Position numbers and translations under genes: made by a program
The notes under the pieces: generated by a model
Seen by the model: the letters and a program-made list of their open reading frames with translations, nothing else
Told to the model about the DNA's origin: nothing
Databases searched by the model: none
Source: Tubiluchus corallicola
Lineage: Eukaryota > Animalia > Priapulida
DNA: 64,000 nucleotides
Direction: 5' to 3'
NCBI GenBank assembly: GCA_030141605.1
Contig: JAQGDQ010000174.1
Coordinates: forward strand, 372,001 to 436,000
Shown: positions 1 to 12,150 of the stretch, one piece after another
How the letters are laid out: each line of letters begins with the position of its first letter
How positions within the stretch are numbered: position 1 is the first letter of the stretch

Positions 1-6
1 CAGCTA

Positions 7-1258
7 TAGCGATGGACGGAGTCAATCAGTGATCGGTAAACGAACAGTTCAGTTGTGATTGGTGAACAAGGTCTGGTTGGCTCATCATTAAATTATTGAG
101 CGATTCGATAAACTAGAGCATATCCAACTAACATGTTTTGAAGTATGTAGAATATTGTTACGATGAAATTATTTATAGCAACCATAATTCGTTCCTGATA
201 ACACGTTCAAAGAGGACTGCTCAAACACATTAAGTAATTCAGTTTCGCTGTTGGGTTTTGGGCATTCAAGCTGTTTCTATTTGTTGTGATACTTATTTTA
301 CATCATTATGCACAGTTTTACTAATCTTTGTTGTGTTGCTTTGGACTACAATGAATGGTATCAGTTTTCACATTCATTCTTCATGATTCACAAAACCAAC
401 TTTATGAGTCTTAATCGCATTTGTTTTAATTTTATCGAAGTCCTTGTACATTACTATGGTGACTTGTGATCGAACAGTGATCAATTGATATCGGTGAATT
501 GCAGAGTTAACCGGCTCATGATCAGTTACAGGGATGTTACAGACATTAAAATTCCGTTTCAGTTTGCCGATAACTGCACTTTTGATTGAGTTTTTCGTTT
601 TCTTCGAAAAGTATTACGTTTTGTAGCTGAAATTTTCGGTAGCATTTTTCCGAAGTTTTAGTAGTATCTATCCAATTTACCTCTTTTTTCTCTTTGATGT
701 TAAAAATTGCAGAAAATTTTTGGCTAAAATAGTTCAAGTAAAGCGTAAATATCATTTGATTAACTTTTTGTACCATTTGTAGCACGAGTTTTACGGCAAT
801 GCGGCCTATCTTCAATGCTGAAGATCGAGAACCTTTAATCAACAATCTCCACAATCAACAGAAACATCAAAGCGCAACTTGAATAAAACCAAGTCTAATT
901 TTACAATTTATGAAATGTAAGCAACAAAATATTTACAAAATAAAAATTGTCAATTGTTTTTGAAGCATCATGATCTTTAACCATAAATGTTGTACTAGTT
1001 TTTTTGTTAAGATTTTTGCCTAGCCACTTCGTCAAGCTTGCATCAGCGCAAATAAAAGCAAACAAGGAAAAACAAAGTATTTTTCTTATTTCAGAATATT
1101 ATCCAGTTTTATTGGTGGTTGGTTTTGCAAAAATAATTTTGGTTTAGTTTCGTTTCGGTTTCCCATGTTTCATAAACTTTCGTTTCAGTTTGTAGTTTCA
1201 GTTTCGGTAACATCCCTGATCAGCTCATTACCCAAAAATGGTTATGGGTCCATTACTA
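7..1258. mobile_element. non-autonomous hAT-type element (outer element of a nested pair)
   Basis: Terminal inverted repeats TAGCGATGGAC (7-17) and GTCCATTACTA (1248-1258). Left flank CAGCTA (1-6, cut by the window edge) equals the end of right flank GTCAGCTA (1259-1266), consistent with an 8-bp TSD. Confidence 0.65.
529..1218. mobile_element. hAT-type MITE inserted inside the 7-1258 element
   Basis: Perfect 12-bp TIR CAGGGATGTTAC/GTAACATCCCTG; flanks ATCAGTTA/ATCAGCTC (6/8 match, 8-bp TSD); TTTCAG/TTTCGG subterminal repeats. Confidence 0.75.
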
Positions 1259-2053
1259 GTCAGCTAACAAAGAAAAATTGTGTATAACTATGCACTATGC
1301 TAGTGATTTGAAGTTATAGGTTTGAAAAATAAAAATCAGTGATTGCAGAGGTAATGTAAATAAGAGGCTAGTGTCTGATTAAGTGTAAATCGAGCAGTTA
1401 AGTTAGTAAGACACCTTAGCCTTAACAAAGAACTTTAGTTACATGTTCTCTAGCAATTAAGCCATACTTCAGGTTAGTAAACCCATCATCTAGGAGCATT
1501 TCAGTCATGGTTTGCAATCAGGGAGCCATCCAATGATGTTAAACACAAAAGAAACCCAGTTTTAAGAAAATAAAAAAGTGCCTGCCAGTTTGGCTTAAAT
1601 ACAGCACATAACTGCTAAGCTAAAAACACTGGCTAGAGTAAAAAGAAAAGAATGTTACACGTTGATTAATAATGCATAACATTCCTCATATCCACCATTT
1701 ATTTGTACAGCTAATACAACAACACTGAAATGTGCGGAGCAAAATATTTACATTTATTGGCAAATGTATTTGTAATGCAAATGTAAATGGTACAGGTTTC
1801 AAAACGGTACAGAGGTTTCAAAGTGAAAATGGGGACCTGTATTATGTTCTTGATTCAGATGCATTGATTAAACAGTGATGAAATACCAGCAATTTTCACT
1901 AGTCTCAGCAACTAGATACTTATAAAATCTATGGTGTATGACGTGAACAAGGTCGAAATGGTTGTGAAAATGTAATGTGGGAAAATGATTTCATGAAAAC
2001 TGCAATTCAAAAATTGTGAAAAGGAATTGTGTTCTAAGAGTAGAAGTCGGAAA

Positions 2054-2944
2054 ATGCTGGGCAATGATAGTAATTTTACAAACAGGTTCGCTGCGGCAGA
2101 TATTATTTCTAGTTACAAAGCGAGTATTGGCAAAGTAATCATCTCTAGCATTCTCTCTGTAATCACCCTGGCAGGAAACGCGCTTGTACTGGTTGCCATA
2201 GCAAACACAAAATTGCTGCACACTCGAAAAAATGCCATCATTGCATCTCTAGCAGCGGCGGATCTAATGGTTGGTGCTTTTGCATTACCATTGCTAAATG
2301 ACCGCGACTTGTTTAAAAGGGTAAGAGTATTTGAAAATCTCTCACCATTTGTAGGTCTATCAACAACTACAGTAAGCATATATCACATCCTACTGATAGC
2401 TGTGGAGAGATACATCACAATCATGCATCCACTAAGATCCAATGTCTACGTGAGTACAAAAATGGTATCACTATCTATAGCTGGCATTTGGATAACGGGA
2501 ATAACCACGGGATGCGTGCGAGCAACTTTACTTACACCACATTTGACACCGTTTGTTTTCGCTCTTTTTGAAATGCTGATGATTCCTGTAATTCTGGTGA
2601 CAATTACGTTAACTGCTGTCGTGTGGAAAGCAGCATGGCGGCAAGCTCAGCGTGTAGACGACCAAAGTCGACAACCTTCACAATCCAGGATGAGGCGGTT
2701 CAAAGAACTAAAGGCAACAAAAACTATGGTTGCTGTCATACTCTCCGCTATTATTTTCTGGTCACCATCTATACTTGTGCAAATAATCAATGCAAAATGT
2801 AACTGTATAAAAAAGGATGCGTTTGCACCTGGAATATGGCTGGTCTACACGAACAGTGCCATTAATCCAATAATATATGCAGCGTTCAGCAGAATTCACA
2901 GAACTGCCATGACAAAAATACTAAATTGCAAAATAACAACTTAA
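2054..2944 (+). CDS. single-exon rhodopsin-family (class A) GPCR, ligand unknown, nested antisense in a POLA1 intron
   Basis: Seven hydrophobic segments with GN (TM1), SLAAADL (TM2), AVERY (TM3), W in TM4, KATKTM..FWSP (TM6), NSAINPIIY (TM7), a Cys after helix 8, and N-glycosylation sequons NDS/NFT. First ATG at 2054; the track's 2027 start is a TTG. Confidence 0.9.
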   Translation: MLGNDSNFTNRFAAADIISSYKASIGKVIISSILSVITLAGNALVLVAIANTKLLHTRKNAIIASLAAADLMVGAFALPLLNDRDLFKRVRVFENLSPFVGLSTTTVSIYHILLIAVERYITIMHPLRSNVYVSTKMVSLSIAGIWITGITTGCVRATLLTPHLTPFVFALFEMLMIPVILVTITLTAVVWKAAWRQAQRVDDQSRQPSQSRMRRFKELKATKTMVAVILSAIIFWSPSILVQIINAKCNCIKKDAFAPGIWLVYTNSAINPIIYAAFSRIHRTAMTKILNCKITT

Positions 2945-2952
2945 ATTCATAC

Positions 2953-5900
2953 CCGACAACCGTGCTTTTTTACTGTTATTTTGTTGAACTGATAACGCAG
3001 GCAGTTTATTTTGGATTCTGTGCTGAGTTTGATTTGTTTCTCCCAATCTGGTGAAGCCATTTGCATCGGCATCTTTATGGGAAGACGAAACGGTTTTTCT
3101 TTGTTTCATAGAAAATGGATTAGCGTATCTAGGAAAAATTAAATAAGAACAACATATAAAAACACAAAAAAGCTGGAATGTTAAAAACGAAAAACATAAT
3201 CGCATGACAATCTTCAAAATTGTGCTTAAAATTAATGTTATTAGCTTCTCTTCAGTTTTTTTGTCATCCATATGGCTACATTTCCAATTTCTGTATGTTC
3301 AATTTTCACAACATTTTTACAGTTGAAACAACACTGTACATTATTCTGCGGAGAAAATTTGTTATCAGCTGGTTAGTGTGGCTCTCAAATTTACAGTAAG
3401 TCCTCACTTAATGGCGCTAGTGCGTTTCAGAAAAATGCGACAAGAGAAAAATGTCATTAAACAAAACCAAAACTTCCACAGGAAGTAATGTAAAAGAATT
3501 GAGAAACATTCCAGAGACAGAAATCAATGCTGCTTAAATCATATAAATTAAATGTTTTATGAGTGTCTTTATGGTTCCTATTAGTTCATTTCTTTCTGCT
3601 TGCTTGAAACTACCTATCTTTCTTATCAAAACATACCTGGCTAGCAGTTTCTCTTTCATTAAGGTTTAAGCCTAGGCAGCCATTAAATAATAAACACTGC
3701 AGAGCCAAAGACAAGCGCTGCATGAGGCGACCTTGGAAATTTTATCATACCAGAGGACCGCATCATTTGGTTGGTTGCTATAGGAACAGGTTGCAGGTAG
3801 AATTCCATCGCACAAAGTTTGTTCATAGGTCTCACTTGATATAAAAGGCAGTTAGTATAGTAGTCAGTTGGGAAGCAAAAACACGTATAATAATTGCGCT
3901 GTTTATGTTAGTAATGTACTTGCCAGTTTAGTGCTTTAAATTAGGTAAAAAGTTGTTGATAAAATGATATTGGCTTTCAGCAAAGTAAAAAAAAATCACC
4001 GTTAAAATGAAACATGCGTTGCTAAATGAAAAAAGGTGTCAAATGTTCAGTGTCGTTAAAATCAAACGTCGCTTAAAAGGAGACTCGTTAAGGGAGGACT
4101 TACTGTACAAGATATACTGACTTCTTTTTTTGATGATCATATCGTGATTAAACTGGACATTGCTGTCACTGCAAACTAATGGTCAAGCAAACCTATGACA
4201 CACGACACATTAACAACTTTATATTGCGGTTCTTGATGACGATTTCAAGTGTTCTCTTGAAAAGTAAAAAAGTGGAGACCTGCCATTACTAGTTTTGCGC
4301 AGTATCCAGATCGAACCTCGACATGCACCCGACACAGCTGATATTTTTAGTTATTCAATTAATTACATCAAAACGTAATTCCTCAACGAATGGTATTAAA
4401 TAAACGCAGCTACTCTGGGAAATTTTAAGTAAAAACACATCAAAGTATCTGGAAACGGATCTGACATGTAGAAATATATACAGGCTTCTAAATGCGGTGG
4501 GCATTTATTCTTCTTGTTTGTTATGATCCAGCAATAACAATATCCTGACAATCACCATAGAAAAATACTACTATAAATCTTAGTAGCCAATCTTAAGTAC
4601 CATTTAGTTTCAAAAAAAGGCTAAGTTATCTAAGATTGCTATAATATGACATGTGACTTTCCACATTTCTAAACTGTTTTTGTTTAACTTATTCTATTAT
4701 ATTCACTCAGAAACATACCTTGCAGAAGAAGATGTTACGGGCCGACACGACATTCCTAATTTAGCATGGGTTGGCTTTGATGCTTTCAGTTCACCTAAAA
4801 TGTCCTCTAAAACATTTTCTTCTTGCTTTTCAGTCTTTTTCTGCAAAAAATAACAAAATTACTAAAATGTTATTCTCTTCTACACAGGTTGATCAATTAA
4901 TGTTAGTTACATGTAACATTCTTAAGGGAAGAAGGTTTAGCATTGAAAAACAAGCCTAGATTTTATCACTTACAGCTTGTATGAAATCTTATACCGACTG
5001 TATGTATCTATCTACCTATCTATATGTAATCCTCGTAATTACATACTTTAAAAATGAACCTATTTAGCAGCCTTGAAAGTGAAAAACAAAGCCAGATACT
5101 CAGTTGGGCATGTATGTAGGTTTTATTGATTTAATTCGCCTATTGGTTACATCAAAATGCATAACATTTGAATTTTTGAAAAAAAAATACAAACTTCTAC
5201 AGTGGCAGCACATTCAAAACTGACGACTTACACTAATCGTTAATGTAAGAATTTTGAAGTAAAGATAGTACGGTGTGATGTTATATATATATATATATAT
5301 ATATACAAAGTTAACTGCTTTAGGTTTTCAAAACAAATTAATATAATGGCAACAGCATATTCGTCAACCAGTTGTAATAACTGTTATTTTCAAACTTGTG
5401 TAGCAAAATAACTGCTTACAAAATTAGTGATGTAAATTAATAATGAATTATTTTAAGACACAGGGAAGTAAAGCTATTATTAAGATAAGCAGCTGACGAT
5501 TCACATCAGTGAAATGTATTTTCAAATTACTGTACAGTGACTGATTGTCCCTGTAAGTACACACATCAGATTATAATTACGTACATGCACATTCACATGT
5601 CCATAAAGCAAAACGTCGCCTGCTTACCTTAAAAATAAATGAAGTAAAGCTGTGTATCTTTATAACTGTTACATTTACACTCATAACTCAGTTTGCTGGA
5701 CCTCGCTTTTACGGATATCGGAAGAATCAGACAAAATCAGGACCATTAAAAGTATACTACGGACACCGTCTGTAATTTCACGAGCTGACTGCTAGTTCGT
5801 GGGCCGTCACTTTCTTTACATCATGTGGAAAAATATAGAGTCAATTATGCGGAGTTATTTGAGTCAATTACCGAAAGTTTTTATCTACCATTGCATAGGA

Positions 5901-8900
5901 GCAGCCCACACTAGACATTTCTGAGACAATTAGACGACTGATTCTACATTACCATGAGTCTAATACACGGCGCCTACTGTATTAGCTCAGTATCGGTAAA
6001 TACGGACAATCGGCAAAATGGGACGGACATCTCTCTGCCTTTGTATGGCAAACTGAGATATGAGTGTACTTACATCCAGCTTGGCTTTACTGCGACCTGC
6101 TCCTGACAAGAACATGTTCTTTATATTTCTAGACTTGACCGCTGGCCTTTCTTCACTGCCACCAGAACCACTTTTCGCAAATTTTTTATGTGAAGTTTCC
6201 TTTCTCTTCTCTAAATTAAACGAAATCTTTAGGCATTAATCAACTCTTACATAAAAACATACCAATGTCACTATATTCAAGTAATGGTAAACACGTAAAA
6301 ATTGTTCTCCATTTAAAAATAAAATGCAATTACTTACTTCTATTTCCCAATTCACTTTCATCAACATCGAAATCATCGTCAAAAATTTCTCTGCCATCTT
6401 CAGCATAACCAGTTCCATCTGGAAAAAATGCAAGAAATCATGTCTTTTTCTATAGCAAACGGAAGCAAAATCAACAAAACATGAAATGTAGAAGCAGCTA
6501 AAAATACTTAGCTGATCTTAAAGAGTCTGAATAACAATAATAACAATCATTTGATCTAACTATAACAACAATAATTTATAACAATATAACAACAATATAA
6601 CAATAATATTTATAACAATAACAATTTACAAAGCGCACCTTTAGGTGTGGATAGTATCGTTAACGATCATGAAAAAATTGATTGGAATCATGATCAGGAT
6701 CATTAAAAAATATTTGATTGTGATCGCAATACTGGACGCAATAGTTAATTAACTTACTGACTCAAATCAAAATATTCTTCAGCAACATTTATTAAACTGT
6801 CAAACTGTTAAAACCAGCTACAGTTTGTTGGAGTGACTTTGAATACATGTTGGTATTTATATAGTTTCATGTTGCCCACAAGCTAGTACCATAAATAATT
6901 TAATGCAGAAACAGGATTTCTTGCTATTTAAAGCACAAATTCGCCTATCAGCTCTGTCAAGAATAATCTTGGAAGAAAAACTCTATTGTTCACCTAACAA
7001 ATTTTGCAAGTTGTTACATAATCAATCTGCAGTCCTTCATCGTAGATGCTAACAACTGGCAAACAGCGGCCTTGGACAGAGAAACTTGGCGGAAGTCAAA
7101 GATTGATAGGATCTAATGCGCTGAATAGTAGCTCCTGAATGCAATGAAGAGAAGTGACAAAGAGGCGACAATGAAGGAAGCATCGTATAAGTGCTGAAGG
7201 TGCGTCAGCACTTCAGTACACTAACCTGTGACAGATCTTGCGCAGCCTGTATATAAATCTCTACAGTCATCAATGAAAATGTATCAGCAACACACAGTAA
7301 ATTTGCAAAGAGGAACTCATAGACAAATGACTAAAGAGGCCGTTACGTTACATTACATAATCGAATACATGTAGTATAATATTGAAAAGCACTATTTCAC
7401 ACTTGAAGCATTCGTGCATGTTGCTAACAGCAAGGTGGTTTGTGAAAAAAGACATCGGATGGAAAATGTTAATCTAAGCCAGGGGTGTCCACACTACGAC
7501 ACGCGGGCCAACTGCGGCCCATGGTCCACTTTTAATTGGCCTGCAGGAAAATGTAAGAGAATATGGGTTACACATATAACTTGTGCTTTACAGCATTGTA
7601 TGCCTTAGTTTTTGTAGGCTGTTTTTTCCTTTAAGTATATTCAATCATCAAGCACAATTTGCATAAATTTGATTGATTTTGATAAGATAAGGCAATTGAT
7701 AAGGTGTGAGTGGACTTATAGCAAGTGGCCCAGAGTTTTCGTATGTGGTCTCAGTTAAAAAAGTTTGGCCATCCCTGGTCTTAGCAAATGCTAGTCCAAT
7801 GAAAATATTACTAATGACAACTAAAACATTAAATTTTTACACTTTTTGACAACGAAAACACCAAATTTAAGTAAAAAGTATCTTGACGTGAAGTTATCCT
7901 TGAATAATGTCGTACTAAAAACTAGAAAAAAACAAAGAAGAAAACAAACCATCGTCAATAATAAAGTCTTCATCCTGCCTTTTTCGTACCAATTCAGAGT
8001 ACTCCAATTCATCCACTTCTTCATAAACCTGTTCCACTTCACCAACCTAATATCAGAAAACACAGTCAAATTGCTAGTAAAAAGTAAGGTGCTAGACTGA
8101 TAACTAATCTATAAAGTAAATATTTATATGCAAAGCTTGCAAAAGCTTCTAGAATTACTTATAAGTGAATGTAAGTGAATGTTTCACTCATGTGGATACT
8201 TGTTTGCTGCCCGATCTCAAATGTATATTTTTAACAGAATCATTAAAGAAAAATACTCGGCATGAATAACCATTTTTCATTATCGGCAACTTTTGTCACA
8301 GATTGTCTATTCACTGATTATAATACCAAAAAAAACAACTGATCCCTGATAAGTGACTAAATTTGCAGCACCTTTACAAATAAAAATTTATAAAAATTAA
8401 GCTGCGATCTTTTATACACTTTTGCACTGACACTGGAAAAACAAAAAACTTTGCACTGACTAACATACATAACAATACAGTGCAATGCAGAAAAATTTGA
8501 ATATTAAGATCTGCATTTATTGCTACATCTATAGTTCATCAGTGAAAATTTGTTAAATCAAAAGAAACAAAAACATTTGTTATTTCAATGTAGCTGATGC
8601 TACACTTGTTTACAGCTTTCAGACAGTTTTGCTATTGCTTAGAAAATATTCAAGATTGTTCACCTCATATTTCAGTTTACTTCCACAGCTTTTTGCGTCT
8701 CGCAGTTTCTGAAGGACATCAAGTCGACGAGCCTTAGACTTGCTCACTTGCCGTTTACTTCTCGTTGGCGGAGTTGCATCTGTTAATCAACACATAATTA
8801 GAAAAACCACATTAGTTATTGTATTCACTGAAACAAAAATACTATGAATTCTCAAATATCGTATAAAGCTAATATGGCTTTTACTTGTGCTTTGCTAACG

Positions 8901-9095
8901 CTTCACTTACGCACATTATCACCAATGTATTATAAGATGTAAAAGCAAAATAGGTATGTTAGTGATTAAGAAAGCTGCAGAGTTATTAATATTATAATTA
9001 GATCTAGGCAAACTAAGCAATTTAATTATAAGCACTTTTATTTATAAATATTATTGCAAACCTGCAGTTTCTCCACTATCTCTAATTGGTGCCAT
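2953..9095 (-). CDS. POLA1: DNA polymerase alpha catalytic subunit, 5' part (gene continues beyond the left edge)
   Basis: GT-AG exons with consistent phases: 9095-9062, 8779-8664, 8046-7950, 6418-6338, 6210-6074, 4840-4719, 3128-2953. Spliced protein MAPIRDSG...[52 protein letters not shown]...NIKNMFLSGAG...LEDILGEL...ANPFS matches the conserved POLA1 N-terminus ([22 protein letters not shown]). Confidence 0.92.
3394..4105. mobile_element. pogo/Tigger-like MITE
   Basis: TIRs CAGTAAGTCCTCACTTAA and TTAAGGGAGGACTTACTG, flanked on both sides by TA. Confidence 0.85.
5678..6066. mobile_element. Tc1/mariner-superfamily MITE
   Basis: TIRs CACTCATAACTCAGTTTGC and GCAAACTGAGATATGAGTG with TA target duplication (5676-77, 6067-68). 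Confidence 0.85.
7024..7290 (+). mobile_element. degraded RTE-type LINE 3' fragment
   Basis: Translates to NLQSFIVDANNWQTAALDRETWRK (W...A.DR..WR motif), followed by a broken CDRSC...LYSHQ..C zinc-finger-like tail with stops and frameshifts. Confidence 0.6.
7480..7777. mobile_element. hAT (Charlie-like) MITE
   Basis: Ends CAGGGGTGTCCA and TGGCCATCCCTG; GCGGGCC/GGCCC subterminal motifs; flanks ATCTAAGC/GTCTTAGC (6/8). Related to 50613-51104. Confidence 0.75.
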
Positions 9096-9993
9096 GCTGA
9101 CTGTTTGTCAAATATCCATATGCAAGCACACTAGATGTGAGTTTAACAGAAAATCTTCATTCCAAAATGACTGCAAAAATAATGCAATTGTGAGTAAAAA
9201 AATTCTCTTCTAGCAGCACACACACTGACAAAATTACAATTTTTAAAGGGTATTTAATAAACTTCTTAATCATTTGCACTGTGTAAAAGGATGTTCTGCA
9301 CAATAGTTTGTTACAATTTATGCAACTTGCCAAAAATGTGCCTATGCTAGTCAATAAGATAAGCCAGCCCCGGCCCATTCCATATTTTTCCCAAGTTGGC
9401 TTTATGCTGTTTTACTTTATGTTCTAATTGATTCTCGACAGGGATGATAAAATTTCAATAAAAGATAAATCAATTTCGTATAATACGTTTTGTTCCATAG
9501 GTCATAACCCAGTTTCAATTTTTGTAAAAGCATCTGCTGTTTATCTTGCTTGCAAAAAAAGTATTAAGCACCAATACGGGATTGTGCTGATTACGTTAAG
9601 CATGCATCTTACTGTTTTCCTTGGATTTGTTCAAGTAAATTGGAGTCGATGTTTCTGTCGGTCGATCAAGTCCCTAACTGGTCTTCATTTAGGTCTTAGT
9701 TACTTTTCAATTTTGGAAACTAAACAAACTCAACTAAGAACTGATCGCCTATGGCTTCTATGTTCTACAGTAACTACAAGTAACATACGCATACACTGTA
9801 CAACTGCAGAAGTAAACATACTAACATATAAGACGAAGCTGCAACCATCTGCTAACCACAAAGTCACATACTGTGGCATCAAACAATTGCTTTAATTTTT
9901 CAAGCTAAATACGGTTAAAAAAATCAATAATTAACACACAAGCCTACACCAGTTGTCTTGAATCTCAATCTCCACAAATCGCATTCACAAAGT

Positions 9994-10002
9994 GGCGGGA
10001 AA
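9994..10002 (-). promoter_or_regulatory. E2F site in the POLA1 promoter
   Basis: TTTCCCGCC on the minus strand (canonical TTTSSCGC) in a CpG-containing patch about 0.9 kb upstream of the POLA1 ATG, next to a probable non-coding first exon. POLA1 is an established E2F target. Confidence 0.65.
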
Positions 10003-11622
10003 TCTGATCGGCTCGCATTAGAAAAATTCTTTGCAAAGAGTGTAGCTTCTTCTTTTGCTTTTGTTGCAACTGTTTAGCGGTGAGACTTACAGTATACCGC
10101 CACGACGCCTAATTTTATAAGCGTCATTCAAACACCTCTTAAATGAAAATCAAAATAGATTAAATTTAACAGCCTTGAGTAAATTTGAGTAAGCATACAA
10201 TAAAGTTCGTTGTAGCTAATATTCCCGTTAATAGTATTTATATCGATGATTTGGTGTGAATATAAAAACTTATTTTGCAATTATTTAGTTTCTCATTCTG
10301 GGACAGAAATTGGAGGACTCATCAAGTCTGCAAACAACGGATATGCAGTTCTGCAGACCCTACACATTAATTAAATTGTTAGTTATCTGCTTATACGTGC
10401 ATTTAGAAACTATGAGTGTACTCTTGCTGAGTGACTTAGCGCCCTTCCTTAAATATTGTTGAATATATTTATATAGTTTTCTGAATTTATTTAGAAGGCA
10501 AACACATAAATTATTATTACTATTAATTAGGAAAGCACTGCAGGATCCATCCGTGTCAAGCCAGTAATTTCATCAGTGAAATGCTGATTTAATTTTACCA
10601 AACTGATTTTTGACTGTCATCATTTGTTTGGTATAGAGGCAGTTACTGCATGTACGTTTTTGAATTGAATGTGAGCAAAAACTAGAACAAGAAGTCGAAA
10701 ACTTAAAATTTCAGCTTCAAAGTTGCTTCCACAAACAATAAACAAATCGGTTGGGTATCAAATTGTTGTAGCCTGTAGTGCATGTGCCTATTGTCATTTT
10801 ACCACAATTTTAATACATTAATGATTCAAATATGTTAATAGATTTATTGGTATCTATCACGCTCTATAGAGCATTATATTACCTTCTTTGAATGAGAATA
10901 TGCTAAATTAAATGGTGTAAATAAGGACATACTTTAATATTTTGATAATTATGGCATTAACATATAATAAGCCTTCTGCATGTAGTTTTAAGCAGTTTTA
11001 CCAGTTTGTCCGCTACCAGCAAGAAATGATCTAAATTAGAAATGAAATAAATTAGAAATTACGAATTGTGAGACAGGCACTGTGATTTCAAAAGTGCTAC
11101 AATAATATTTCAAAATGCAAGATTCATTCTTAGTGACCATTGAATAGTGCGTGATAAACAGTTCAAAAGGTATTTATTATGCTAATAGTCATAAATGCTT
11201 ATGAAGTACTTGCTACAATGACAAAACGTAGTTGCGTAAATTTCATAATATTTACTTATAGTTGCCAAAAAGTCAGTCTTTTGTCATTGTTTATTACATT
11301 TTAACTTTATTGCAATAGATAAACAATTATAACCTTCTAGAAATACATAAATGTACATCAGATACTGTAATTCTGAAAATAAGTAACAGTTGTTAAAGAA
11401 ACCAAAACAAACACTTTTACTTAAAAACCCATATCAGTAAAGCAAATTACTACAGGTAGCAGAGTAAACATTTAACAAAGAAGCAAAAAACTGTTTGATA
11501 CGAACAAATACATTTACAAATTGCATACACAGTAGAATCATATAACATGTTCAAAATGAATTCACTTCTCATGTAAAAATACAAAATAGCCTCTTTAGCA
11601 ATCAGTATGATGCTATTAGGAT

Positions 11623-12150
11623 TTAATCATCAGATGGCTTAATAAACTTTGGCTTCTTTCGTGGTTTCGGCAATGCATCTTCTTTGGTTTTTATCTTAGA
11701 AGATGTCTCAAAGTTTGCTGTTTTGTCAGTGTTTAAAGAGTCAGCTTCTTGCGAAGAACGACCACGTTTCTTTGTAAATTTTTTGCCAATGGTATCGATC
11801 AGCGTCGTATATCTTTCTGCAAATTCCACATCAGACACACTGTCACTTTTTTCCTTTGCTAGAGACTGTTCCAGCTGACGATCTGCTTCCAATGCAGACA
11901 TAAGTTTTTCTATCTCTGGATTTTGCCCCTTAAATGACATACGCCCAAACTTAAGAAATTCAACTGAGGCATAGCTCGGTTCTATCAAAAATTTACTTTC
12001 CTGCAAGCTCTGCTGTAAAATGCTATTTGAGTTTACCTGACTAAATGACTCTTTTGCTTCCTCTTTTTCCCGGGTCTTTTGCATGAATTTCATCTTCAAA
12101 ACAGAAGATGACAATTTGGTTTTAGTCTGCACATCTGAAAAGACAGCCAT
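11623..12150 (-). CDS. MPHOSPH6: M-phase phosphoprotein 6 (exosome cofactor MPP6), uninterrupted CDS
   Basis: 175-aa ORF with KTKLSSSVLKMKFMQK, FGRMSFKGQNPEIEKLM, VSDVEFAERYTTLIDTIGKKF and C-terminal KFIKPSDD, all typical MPP6 blocks. Splice acceptor at 12160-12159 just upstream of the ATG implies a spliced 5' UTR. Confidence 0.92.
   Translation of the reverse strand: MAVFSDVQTKTKLSSSVLKMKFMQKTREKEEAKESFSQVNSNSILQQSLQESKFLIEPSYASVEFLKFGRMSFKGQNPEIEKLMSALEADRQLEQSLAKEKSDSVSDVEFAERYTTLIDTIGKKFTKKRGRSSQEADSLNTDKTANFETSSKIKTKEDALPKPRKKPKFIKPSDD

Noticed and set aside
1991-2002. Acceptor TTGCAG on the minus strand as a premature last exon of POLA1
   Set aside because: It would add only about 23 unrelated residues before a stop. 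A long intron continuing past the window edge is the simpler reading, but the rest of POLA1 cannot be seen here.
9428-9895. 155-aa ORF on the plus strand
   Set aside because: Non-ATG start, no recognisable motif, lies antisense in the POLA1 5' UTR intron; likely a chance ORF.
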